From the NCBI GenBank assembly GCA_964475245.1, contig CAYYVV010000008.1, positions 14,078 through 78,077 of the forward strand: DNA of 64,000 nt, read 5' to 3'. A program made the position numbers and the translations under genes. This stretch comes from an uncultured Anaerolineaceae bacterium. GTDB taxonomy: Bacteria > Chloroflexota > Limnocylindria > Limnocylindrales > CSP1-4. A model generated the notes under the pieces. The model was not told the DNA's origin. It saw only the letters and a program-made list of their open reading frames with translations, and did not search any database. This document shows positions 24,624-33,431 of this stretch, piece after piece (within the stretch, counting starts at the first letter, position 1; each line of letters begins with the position of its first letter).

Positions 24624-25399
24624 GCGGCTTTCGCGTCCTCCTGGGCAAGGAGCTGCGCGAGCAGGTGCGCACCTACCGCATGCCGGTTGCGGCCATCGTG
24701 TTCCTGCTGTTCGGCATCTCGTCGCCCGTCCTGGCGCGCTACACCAAGGAATTGCTCGACCTGCTCGGCACGCAGGCGACGTCAGGGATACAGATCGTGC
24801 TGCCCCAGCCGACCGCTGCCGATGCGATCGGGCAGCTGCTCAAGAACCTGGGATCGTTCGGCATCCTGATGGCGATCCTGCTCGCGATGGGCGCGGTCGC
24901 GACCGAAAAGGAACGGGGCACGGCGGCGTTGATCCTGACCAAGCCTGCATCGCGCCTGGCGTTCCTGCTCGCCAAGCTGGTCGCAATCGCGGTCACGCTG
25001 GGCGTATCGGTCGCCGTAGCTCTCGTATTCGGCTGGATCTACACCGTCACGCTGTTCGACAACGCCGCGCTGAACGTGGCGGGATACGTCGCCATGGCCG
25101 CATTCCTGTGGCTGACGCTGCTGGCCTACGCTGCGCTGACGCTGCTCGGCAGCACGCTGACCAGCTCCACGGCCGGCGGTGCCGGGTTCGGCTTCGTCGC
25201 GCTCATCGTCACTGGCCTGGTCGCCGCGCTGCCCACGATCGGCCCGTTCATGCCCACCTCCCTGAACGGACCTGGCGCCGACCTCGCGCTGGGCCTGCCC
25301 GTTCAGCTGGAGCTGTGGCAGCCGCTGCTCGGCACTCTCCTGTTCATCTTCGTGCCGTTCGCGCTGGCCTGGCTCAGCTTCCGCCGCCAGGAGCTCTAG
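24620..25399 (+). CDS. ABC-2 type permease
   Basis: The ATG overlaps the ATPase stop (ATGA). 259 aa with about 6 TM helices (MSGFRVLLGKELREQVRTYRM...). Confidence 0.75.
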   Translation: MSGFRVLLGKELREQVRTYRMPVAAIVFLLFGISSPVLARYTKELLDLLGTQATSGIQIVLPQPTAADAIGQLLKNLGSFGILMAILLAMGAVATEKERGTAALILTKPASRLAFLLAKLVAIAVTLGVSVAVALVFGWIYTVTLFDNAALNVAGYVAMAAFLWLTLLAYAALTLLGSTLTSSTAGGAGFGFVALIVTGLVAALPTIGPFMPTSLNGPGADLALGLPVQLELWQPLLGTLLFIFVPFALAWLSFRRQEL

Positions 25400-26460
25400 G
25401 CCGTCGCCGCCGCGCGCGCCTGAGTCAGTGACTCGCCACTAGCCGCATAGCGCGCGGCGACCACCTCGGCCAGGATGGCCAGCGCCGTCTCGGCCGGAGC
25501 CCGTCCGCCGAGATCGAGGCCGATCGGGCCGTGGATGCGCGCCAGGTCCTCGTCCGGCACGCCCGCCGCACGCAGGTGCTCGCGCCGCTCGCCCTGCGTG
25601 CGGCGCGAGCCGATGGCGCCCACGTAGCGGCAGCCTCGTCGCAGCGCCTCTGTCAGCGCTGGGATGTCGAACTTGACGTCATGCGTTAGGACCACGACCG
25701 CGTCATCCGGACCAAGGGCGATCTTCTCGGCCACCTCGTCCGGCCAGCCGATCACGAGCTCGTCGGCGTCCGGGAAGCGTTCCCGGCTCGCGAACGCGGC
25801 CCTGCCGTCGCTGACGACCGTCCAGAAGCCCAGCTCGTGAGCCAGCGCCACCAGCGGCCGGGCGATCTCGACCGCACCCACGATCAGCAACCGGGGCGGC
25901 ACGGGGAAGGCTTCGAAGAAGTATTCCCTGCCCGTGACCTCCAGCGTGCGTGAGGTTCCACGCAACAGGGCATCGCGTGCCTCGGCAGCCAGCGCGTCGT
26001 CCGTGGCGGCGATGCCGGTCGTGCCGTCAAGGCCAGTCGACGCCTGGAAGATCAGGCGCGCCGCGGGCGGCGCGCCGTCGTCCGTTGCAGGCAGCGGCGT
26101 GATGATGACCGTGCCGCCCGGTCCCGCGGCCGCTGTTGCGACCTCGTCGGGCACGAGTGGCTCGACGAGCACGTCGAGCGCTCCGCCACAGGCGAGCCCG
26201 ACGCCCCAGGCGACGTCGTCAGTGATGCCGTAATGAACGATCTTCGACAGGCCGCTCAGGCGCGCACGCTCGATCTCCTGGGCCGTCGCGCTCTCGACGC
26301 AGCCGCCCGATACAGAGCCCGCGATGCGGCCGTCTGCCGTGTACAGCAGGTTCGAGCCGGGCAGGCGCGGCGCGGAACCATACGTGCGCAGGACCACGGC
26401 ACGGCCCACGGCAACGCCGTCGCGCTGCCAGTCTTCGAGCGTCGAGAGGAGCTCCTTCAT
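25396..26460 (-). CDS. XdhC/CoxI-family molybdenum-cofactor insertion protein
   Basis: N-terminal XdhC_CoxI motif (GRAVVLRTYGSAPR...GSVSGGCVE) and a C-terminal Rossmann-like domain (LLIVGAVEIARPL). Confidence 0.85.
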   Translation of the reverse strand: MKELLSTLEDWQRDGVAVGRAVVLRTYGSAPRLPGSNLLYTADGRIAGSVSGGCVESATAQEIERARLSGLSKIVHYGITDDVAWGVGLACGGALDVLVEPLVPDEVATAAAGPGGTVIITPLPATDDGAPPAARLIFQASTGLDGTTGIAATDDALAAEARDALLRGTSRTLEVTGREYFFEAFPVPPRLLIVGAVEIARPLVALAHELGFWTVVSDGRAAFASRERFPDADELVIGWPDEVAEKIALGPDDAVVVLTHDVKFDIPALTEALRRGCRYVGAIGSRRTQGERREHLRAAGVPDEDLARIHGPIGLDLGGRAPAETALAILAEVVAARYAASGESLTQARAAATA

Positions 26461-27593
26461 GCCGAAACGCTAGCGAGTAGCTCGCCAAGACGCTCCAGAG
26501 AGCCAAGCGAGCCTGCCGGCACGAAATGGTCGATGAACGGATACGCGGCGGCCATGCCCGCGGTCAGCGGCCGGTAGCCGGGCGCCGAGGCGAGCGGATT
26601 GAGCCAGACGAGCCGATGACAGCTGCGCCGCAGCTTTTCCGTCTCGACACGCACGAGCTCCGGGTCGCCCAGGTCCCAGCCGTCGGAAACGACGATCACG
26701 ATGCTCGACGAGCGCAGGACGCGCCGCGCCCAACGGCTGTTGAACTCGTGCAGCGCGGCGCCGATGCGCGTGCCGCCACCCCAATCGGAGACGGAGGCTG
26801 CGACCTGAGCGAGAGCGGCGTCGCGATCACTGGTTCGGAGCTGGCGCGTGACGCGGCTGAGGTGCGTGCCAAAGACGAACGCCTCGGTGCGCGTCGTGCG
26901 ATTTGCGGCGGTGAGCGCCTGCACAAAGCGCATCAAGAGCCGCGAGTGGCGCTCCATCGAGCCGCTTATGTCGCACAGCACGACCAGCCGGCGCGGCTCC
27001 TCGACGCGGCGGCGCCACAACCACTGGACAGGATCACCGCCGCTGGCCAGGTTGCGCCGGAACATCTGCCGCGCCGCCAGGCGCGGTCCATGGGCGTGCA
27101 GCCGGTAGCGCCGGCTGAGGCGCCGCTCGAGCCGGGGCGCGAGCTGATCGATCAGCCGCTCGGCGTCGCGCAGCTCCTCGTCAGTCATCCGCTCGAACGA
27201 TCGGTTGCGCAGCACCTCCCAGGCGCTGTAGGCCTCGCTGGTCGGCTCGAGCTGCTCCTGCTCGTTGCCGGCTTCGGGCTCTGCGAGTTCGGCCGCGTTC
27301 GCGCCACCCAGGAGCGGTGCGTCGGGGTCCGCGCCCAGCTTGGGTGGCTGTGGTTGCTCGACCTCGGCCAGCTCGGGCGCCCGCCAGAAAGAATCGAAGA
27401 TCGCGTCGTAGATCGGGATCTCCTCGTGGCCGTGGACGAAGACCGCCAAGCCCGCGCTGTGGACCTCGTCGCGGTCACCGACGTCGATCACGGTCAGCGC
27501 CCGGCAGAACTGCGTCGTCGCGCCCGGACCGGCGCCGATGCCAGCGTCGTGCAGGGCGCGTCCGAAGCTGACTGCGCGCGCGATGAGGGTCAC
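26457..27593 (-). CDS. VWA-domain protein, CoxE-like
   Basis: MIDAS-type motif VVLCDISGSMERHS. GTG at 27593 overlaps the MoxR stop (GTGA). The upstream part of the 610-aa ORF is an out-of-frame overlap of moxR. Confidence 0.8.
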   Translation of the reverse strand: MTLIARAVSFGRALHDAGIGAGPGATTQFCRALTVIDVGDRDEVHSAGLAVFVHGHEEIPIYDAIFDSFWRAPELAEVEQPQPPKLGADPDAPLLGGANAAELAEPEAGNEQEQLEPTSEAYSAWEVLRNRSFERMTDEELRDAERLIDQLAPRLERRLSRRYRLHAHGPRLAARQMFRRNLASGGDPVQWLWRRRVEEPRRLVVLCDISGSMERHSRLLMRFVQALTAANRTTRTEAFVFGTHLSRVTRQLRTSDRDAALAQVAASVSDWGGGTRIGAALHEFNSRWARRVLRSSSIVIVVSDGWDLGDPELVRVETEKLRRSCHRLVWLNPLASAPGYRPLTAGMAAAYPFIDHFVPAGSLGSLERLGELLASVSA

Positions 27594-28489
27594 GTCTCTG
27601 CCGTGGCCGTGGCCTCGGCGACCAGCTGCTCCACCCGCTCGCCGCGAACGAGGCGGATGTCCTCCTCGTACTTGAGCACGACCCCGAGCGTCTCGTCGAC
27701 CATGTCCGCCTCGAGCGACTGCGCGCCGAGAGCCATCAAAGCCGCGGCCCAATCGAGCGTCTCGGCCACGCCGGGCACCTTGGTCAGGGTCGCCGACCGG
27801 AGCGCGTGGACGAAGGCGACGACCTGGCGCGCGAGCTGGGCCGGTGCATCGGGCAGGCGCGCCAGGACGATGGCCAGCTCCTTCTCGGCGCTGGGGTAAT
27901 CGATCCAGTGATACAGGCAGCGCCGCTTGAGAGCGTCGTGCACTTCGCGCGTCCGGTTCGACGTCAGGATCACGGTTGGCGGCACGGCCGCACGGATCGT
28001 GCCGATCTCGGGCACGGTCACCTGCCAGTCGGACAGGATCTCGAGCAGGTACGCCTCGAACTCCTCGTCGGCGCGGTCTATCTCGTCGATCAGCAGCACG
28101 GGTGCGCGACCGTCCGGCGCCTCCAGCGCCTGGAGCAGCGGCCGACGGATCAGGTACTCCTCGCTGAAGATGCCCTGCGCCGTCGCGCGGTCTGCCTCGC
28201 CGCGCGCTTCGAGCATCCGGATGCCCAGCATCTGGCGCGGGTAGTTCCACTCGTAGACGGCCGTGTTGACGTCGAGGCCCTCGTAGCACTGGAGCCGGAT
28301 CAGGTTCGTGCCGAGCGACGCCGCGAGGACCTTGGCGAGCTCAGTCTTGCCGACCCCCGCCTCGCCCTCGACCAGCAGCGGGCGCTCGAGCTCGAGGGCC
28401 AGGAAGACTGCCGTCGCGAGCGACCGATCGGTGACGTAGTCACGCTCCAGGAAGTCGCGCTGGATGCCTTCGATGCTCCGATCAGCCAT
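27590..28489 (-). CDS. MoxR-family AAA+ ATPase (CoxD-like)
   Basis: Walker A LVEGEAGVGKTELAK and Walker B VLLIDEIDRA. 299 aa. Confidence 0.9.
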   Translation of the reverse strand: MADRSIEGIQRDFLERDYVTDRSLATAVFLALELERPLLVEGEAGVGKTELAKVLAASLGTNLIRLQCYEGLDVNTAVYEWNYPRQMLGIRMLEARGEADRATAQGIFSEEYLIRRPLLQALEAPDGRAPVLLIDEIDRADEEFEAYLLEILSDWQVTVPEIGTIRAAVPPTVILTSNRTREVHDALKRRCLYHWIDYPSAEKELAIVLARLPDAPAQLARQVVAFVHALRSATLTKVPGVAETLDWAAALMALGAQSLEADMVDETLGVVLKYEEDIRLVRGERVEQLVAEATATAET

Positions 28490-28612
28490 TTCGCGCCCGA
28501 TGCTACCTGTCGGTCGCCTTCAGGCCATGCGTCGAGCGTGAAAGGCGACGTTTGGCACGCGCATCCCGACGCAGCCAACCGCGACCGTCGCGCACAGAGA
28601 GGGAGGCGACTG

Positions 28613-29092
28613 TTGGACTGGCTGCTCCTGCTGGCACTCTGGCTGCACACGATCGCGCTGGTCATCGCGGTCGGCTATTACGGCGTCCTTGGCCGGATCA
28701 TCGTCCCTGCCCTGACGCGTTCGCTGCACGGCAGCGACCTGGCCGAGTCTTTGGCCGCCATCGAGCGTCGTGCGCTGCCGCTGGTCCTGCTGGCAGTGGT
28801 CCTGTTCGTGATCACGGGCTCGTACCTGCTCGTCGTCAACCCCGATTACACAGGCCTTGGCCACTTCTTCGACACGAGCTGGGCGACGCTCATGCTCGTC
28901 AAGCACGGCGTCGTGATCGTTCTCGTCTGTGTTGGCGTGGTGATCGACTGGGTCGCGCGCGGCCTGCCCCTGACCCGCGACGATGCCGAGCTCGCGCGCG
29001 ACGTCCGTCGCCTGCACCTGAGCGCCGAGTTTGCCACCGCGCTCGGTGTCCTGGCGATCCTGCTGACCGCCGCTGCCCAGGTCAGCGCCTAG
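28613..29092 (+). CDS. Hypothetical 4-TM membrane protein (CopD-like)
   Basis: TTG at 28613 lies 6 nt after GGGAGG. Four hydrophobic helices are present. The CopD-like call is tentative. Confidence 0.45.
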   Translation: MDWLLLLALWLHTIALVIAVGYYGVLGRIIVPALTRSLHGSDLAESLAAIERRALPLVLLAVVLFVITGSYLLVVNPDYTGLGHFFDTSWATLMLVKHGVVIVLVCVGVVIDWVARGLPLTRDDAELARDVRRLHLSAEFATALGVLAILLTAAAQVSA

Positions 29093-29108
29093 GTCGGGTC
29101 TGGGCGCT

Positions 29109-30026
29109 CTAGCGCAGCGTCAGGCTCTGTTCGCGTAACGGCTCGGCGACCTCGCGAATCATCTCCGGCAAGCTGTCGGGGGCGACGGCGCCCGGAATGC
29201 CCAGGATCACGTGGCGTGCTCCGGCGCGCAGCAATTGGGACGCCGTGTCGAGAGCTGCGCGCCGGTCGGCGGCCGTGGATCCGCAATCGACCTGGCCGGC
29301 GAAGGTGAACGTGCCCGGGTCGCGGCCGGCCGCCTCGAGCGCATGCAGGATCAAATCGCGCTGGGCAATGAAGTAGGCAACGTCGCCGGCCCTGTTGCCC
29401 GGCAGTGGCCAGCCGCTGCCATATCGGGCGATGAGCTCGATGCCGCGCCGGCGTTGGCCTCCAAGCCAGAGGGGCGGGCCCGTGGGTGTGCTCGGCGGCG
29501 GCTCGTTGGTCGCCCGGTCCAGCGGAAAGATCGGGTCGTCGAGCGTGACGCCGGGCGACGTCCGTGCTTCTTCCGAGAACAGCGCCGTGATCACGCGCAG
29601 GGCAGACTCGTATCGGTCGAAGCGCTGGGGCGGCGCCGGCAGGTCGATCCCGAACGCCTCGTGCTCGCCAACGTGCCAGCCGGCTCCGAGACCCAGGATG
29701 AAGCGGCCGCCGGTGACGATGTCGAGCAAGGTCGCTTCCTTGGCCAGCAGCGCTGGGTGGCGAAAGGTGTTGGCCGCCACGGCGATGCCGATCCACTTCC
29801 CGGACACGCGGTGGGCGAGCGCGGCTGCGGTCGTGAAGGCCTCGAAGGCCGGACCGCCGCGCTCGCGGCTCGCGTCGGCCAGATGGTCGCTCAGCCAGCC
29901 TGCACTGAAAACGTGGTGCTCGCCGGCGATGGCCCAGGTCGCGTCGAGCCGCTGCCAGGTGAGCCCGGCACTGCCCGTGGCGGAGATGCGAAAGCCGACC
30001 GCTCCCAGCCGCAGCTCGTCAGACAC
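29109..30026 (-). CDS. LLM-class F420-dependent oxidoreductase
   Basis: GTG at 30026 (VSDELRLGAVGF...). Motifs WLSDHL and GRFILGLGAGW. The upstream 100 codons of the ORF are Arg/Gly-rich junk. Confidence 0.8.
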   Translation of the reverse strand: MSDELRLGAVGFRISATGSAGLTWQRLDATWAIAGEHHVFSAGWLSDHLADASRERGGPAFEAFTTAAALAHRVSGKWIGIAVAANTFRHPALLAKEATLLDIVTGGRFILGLGAGWHVGEHEAFGIDLPAPPQRFDRYESALRVITALFSEEARTSPGVTLDDPIFPLDRATNEPPPSTPTGPPLWLGGQRRRGIELIARYGSGWPLPGNRAGDVAYFIAQRDLILHALEAAGRDPGTFTFAGQVDCGSTAADRRAALDTASQLLRAGARHVILGIPGAVAPDSLPEMIREVAEPLREQSLTLR

Positions 30027-30058
30027 GTCCGCGATCGTACCCCGCGGCTGTCCCTCGT

Positions 30059-30451
30059 CTACCAGACGACGTCCACGCCGGGATGCACGAACGAGCGGAG
30101 CGAGTCGTCCTTGGTTACGAGTTTCCAGCCGTTTTCGATGGCCGTGGCATAGATCAGCCGGTCGGCCGGATCGCCCGGAAAGGTCTGCGGAAAGCCGGCC
30201 GCCGTGGCGGCGATCTGGGGCGTGATGGGTGCGCTCCGAACCATCCGCGAAAGCCGCTCCAGCCAGCTCACGACCGGCACCGAAACGGAGATCCGGCCGC
30301 GTGTCGCGAGAAGGGCGAGCTCGAGCCACGACACATCGGCAACGACGAGCTCGTCGGCCGCGGCGATGAGCTCCGAGGCCTGTTGGCTGACGCGCTCGGG
30401 CTCAGCCGACCACCAGTGCAGGACGTGCGTATCGAGGAGTACCGAGCTCAA
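30059..30451 (-). CDS. vapC: PIN-domain toxin VapC (type II toxin-antitoxin)
   Basis: N-terminal LLDTHVLHWW and the later acidic PIN residues. TTG at 30451 gives a TTGA overlap with the antitoxin stop. GTG at 30463 is the alternative start. Confidence 0.8.
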   Translation of the reverse strand: MSSVLLDTHVLHWWSAEPERVSQQASELIAAADELVVADVSWLELALLATRGRISVSVPVVSWLERLSRMVRSAPITPQIAATAAGFPQTFPGDPADRLIYATAIENGWKLVTKDDSLRSFVHPGVDVVW

Positions 30452-30675
30452 GTCTGTTCCCACTCGACGCCGGTCGAGAAGAGATCGAGGTCATCAGCCG
30501 CCGTCGCCGCGATGGAGGCGAGGCTCCCGCGCAGCGCACTCGATCCGGCTGCGGGAACCAACCGCGCGACGGTCCGTCCGTGGCGTGTTATCTCGATCTC
30601 TTCGCCGCTCGAGACCCGATCCAGGAGAGCCAGAAGGCGCGCCTTGGCATCGGTCGCGGTCGTTCTCGTAGCCAT
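30448..30675 (-). CDS. Phd/YefM-family antitoxin (75 aa if started at ATG 30675)
   Basis: MATRTTATDAKARLLALLDRVSSGEEIEITRHGRTVARLVP is the canonical Phd/YefM N-terminal domain. A C-terminal acidic/hydrophobic tail would bind the toxin. Confidence 0.75.
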   Translation of the reverse strand: MATRTTATDAKARLLALLDRVSSGEEIEITRHGRTVARLVPAAGSSALRGSLASIAATAADDLDLFSTGVEWEQT

Positions 30676-31551
30676 ATGGTCATAATAATGGTCATATTGT
30701 CCCGTCGCAACGTCGTCGTCGATCAGGACGACTCGACCTGTCGGATCAATGCTGGAGCCCGTCAGCGCCATACCAGCTCGTGCGACCAGAACCTCAAGTG
30801 GCGGCAACGCACAGCGGAGGAGATCGGGCCGTTCTGTGAGCAGGGCCGTCAGGAGATCGTCGACGGGAACCGGAGCTTTGCCATCCCAGGAATCACGGAC
30901 GAAAGAGCGAACAAACGCCGCGGCCTCATCTGCGTGCCGCGACTGAATTGCGTCACGGCGAACTCCCGTGAGCTCGAGCGATCCGCCGCGGACGCACAGG
31001 CCGAGATAGTCCTCGTCGCCCACGGCGTCGAGCCAGCCGGGTGACGACGCGAGGACCTGGCCCCACCGACGCCCATCCAGGAAGTTGATGGTCTGCTCGC
31101 CTTCGGCGAGCAACGCCGAGTCTGTATCCAGCATCGCGTACGAGTCGACGCCATCAGTTCGGTCATACGGCAGATCGAAGACCGACTGGAGGTAGCTGGT
31201 GAACACGGATGACCCGCCGGGGGTGTGGACCGCTGCGCCCAGGCGCAGGAGCCGCGACACAAGGAAGTCGGCGCCCTCGAGAACGATGAGGTCATAGCGT
31301 CGCTCGAACGCACTCATGCTTCGGACCAGAATCGCCTCCGACAGTTGGGCGCCGAGCGCGTACCAACGCTCGTCGCGGCCCGCCACGAAGCGCGGGTCGT
31401 GTGCAATTGCTCCAGACACGGCGAGGTCGGGCCGCCGCGCTCTGGTCAGCCCCGCCGAGCCGATCTCGTCAACCAAGGCAGCGAGCGACTGGGGGCCCTG
31501 CGACTCGATGAACTCGAGCGCCGTTGTCGCGATCGTCCTCCTGCCTGGCAC
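30676..31551 (-). CDS. Unknown 292-codon ORF that continues, in frame and without a stop, into the antitoxin
   Basis: GTG at 31551. Composition is ordinary (D/E/L/F/Y/S-rich, not Arg/Pro-biased). No recognisable family. Whether it is a real gene, a fusion or chance is unresolved. Confidence 0.4.
30682..30710 (-). promoter_or_regulatory. Sigma-70-like promoter for a leaderless antitoxin transcript, with an embedded direct repeat
   Basis: The minus strand reads TTGCGA (30710..30705), N17, TATTAT (30687..30682), GACCAT, then ATG. The 9-bp direct repeat ATGGTCATA occurs at 30676..30684 and 30688..30696. This is the most AT-rich patch in the neighbourhood. Confidence 0.45.
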
Positions 31552-31627
31552 GAACAGAGGCTACGAACGGGCGCTTATCGCGCACTCATTTCCGTCTCAA
31601 CGAGGCCTTAGCGTCGGACCGGAGGAG

Positions 31628-31705
<78 letters not shown>

Positions 31706-31946
31706 ACCGAGGGTCACCGCGGCGCAAAGAGAAAGGCGCCGGGCGGCTCCGAAGTATATCCGAGCAATCCCGGCGCCCAATTGCATCGATCAGATCAGCC
31801 AGGAGCAGCGCATCCCGAAACGCGGCGACGTGAAGCTACACGGCACGGCGCGCCAGATCACCCACGAACAACAGCTTCGGCGAGGGCAAGCGCTACTTGC
31901 GCTGGTCACCGGAGCGTGACGAGGAGACGCTGCCGCACCCGGAGGG

Positions 31947-33422
31947 CTAGTCGAGCCGGTCGACCTTGAGCACGTGGTACGCCCACGGCGGCACGTCGAG
32001 GAACAGCCCATTCACGGCCAGATCCGTGGCGTCGCGGTCATAGACGGCATCGCCTAACTCGTCGCTCAGACGCCACGTGCGCGCATCGGCATCGGCCCAC
32101 GGGAACGCGACGCACGCCTGGGACAAGTGGTCGGAGTAGTTCACGGCGACAAGCCTTCGGTCGTCGCCGTACGTCCACGCGAAAGCGAGGAAGTCGGCGT
32201 GCGTGCCGTTGCCGTCCCACGCCGGCGCCGTGTCCAGCATCTGCCACGTGCCGTCGCGGAAGACGGGTTGGGCGAGGCAGGCGAGCAACCGGTCGTAAAA
32301 GGCGGCGAGCTGGTCGTCGGTGACCTCATCGGGAGCGCGTCGGAGCTGTACGGGAACGCGAACTCGGCGACCTTCGCGCTGACCGGCGTGAAAGAAGCGC
32401 ATCCCGGGCACGAAGTACGTGATCACGGCCGCCGCGCGCTGCGGGCCCGGCTCGAACAGCTCGGCAGCACGCGGTTCGTCGTGGTTCTCGAGGAAGTGCG
32501 CGAGGTGGTCCTGGAGTGCCGCCCCCGCGGCCAGGTTCGCGCGAACCGGCGCCGCTCGTCGATCGCGCAGCAGGTCGTATAGCCGCTTGTCGTAGGCGAA
32601 GTCGAAGCCCTGTTCGATGAGCGTCGGCTCGAGATCCCAGTAGACCTCGGCCAGGAACGTGAAGTCGGGGTGGGCGTCGTGGAGGGCGCGCGTCGCGTGG
32701 GGCCAGAACGGCTGTGGGTCGACGCCCCACGTGCGTCGGAATACTTCCGGCAGCAGCAGCATGGCCATGTCACAGCGCACGCCGTCGCATTGGGACGCGA
32801 CGCCGCGCAGCTCACCGAGCATCGCGTCCTGGAGCGCCGGGTTGGCATAGTTGAGCTGGAGTGTGTCGCTCCAGCCCGGGAAGAACGGGTCTCGGCCGTA
32901 GGCAAGGATCCGCTCGCCGTCGGGTGTCGCCACGCGGCGCCAGTTGTCCGGCGCGTCGTACAGCTTGTGCTCGTCGCCCGCAATGAAGAACTCGGGGTGC
33001 CCGGTGACCCATGGATGGTCGGACGCGACGTGGTTGGGGACGAAATCGAGCATCAGCCGGAGGCCGCGCTCGCGCATTCTCGTGCGCAGCCGCGCGAGCG
33101 CGTCGCCGCCGCCGAAGTCGGCATGAACGCGGTACTCGCGCACGGCGAACGGCGATCCTGAGATGTCGGAGTCGCGGAAGTCGGGCAGGATGCGGCGGTA
33201 GTGGGCGGCCGCGCCGTCCGCGGCGGCGATGGCGCGGCCCACCTCGCCCGTCTGCCAGACGCCCATCAGCCAGACGATGTCGAATCCGGATGCTGCCAAC
33301 GCGTCCAGCTCCGCGTCGGTGACGTCGTCGAGCGTCGCGTGCCTGCCCAGCGTCCGTGCCAGCTCGGACAGCCGGACGCGCGTATTGAGCTCATACAGCG
33401 TCGGGTAGCGCACGAGCTTCAT
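31947..33422 (-). CDS. Alpha-amylase family glycoside hydrolase (GH13)
   Basis: GH13 conserved regions DFVPNHVASDH, GVRCDMAMLL, FLAEVYWD and FLENHDEPR. Confidence 0.85.
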   Translation of the reverse strand: MKLVRYPTLYELNTRVRLSELARTLGRHATLDDVTDAELDALAASGFDIVWLMGVWQTGEVGRAIAAADGAAAHYRRILPDFRDSDISGSPFAVREYRVHADFGGGDALARLRTRMRERGLRLMLDFVPNHVASDHPWVTGHPEFFIAGDEHKLYDAPDNWRRVATPDGERILAYGRDPFFPGWSDTLQLNYANPALQDAMLGELRGVASQCDGVRCDMAMLLLPEVFRRTWGVDPQPFWPHATRALHDAHPDFTFLAEVYWDLEPTLIEQGFDFAYDKRLYDLLRDRRAAPVRANLAAGAALQDHLAHFLENHDEPRAAELFEPGPQRAAAVITYFVPGMRFFHAGQREGRRVRVPVQLRRAPDEVTDDQLAAFYDRLLACLAQPVFRDGTWQMLDTAPAWDGNGTHADFLAFAWTYGDDRRLVAVNYSDHLSQACVAFPWADADARTWRLSDELGDAVYDRDATDLAVNGLFLDVPPWAYHVLKVDRLD

Positions 33423-33431
33423 GTCGGTGGG

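Noticed and set aside
26457-28289. 610-aa ORF read as a single large VWA protein. The same issue affects the long N-terminal extensions of the ORFs at 29109..30329, 38021..38848, 38602..39366, 24191..25399, 21622..22335, 27806..29092, 15104..15775 and 36396..38024.
   Set aside because: The N-terminal parts are Arg/Pro/Gly-rich and overlap the neighbouring well-supported gene in another frame. Internal starts that give 4-nt overlaps or good SD spacing reproduce normal family lengths.
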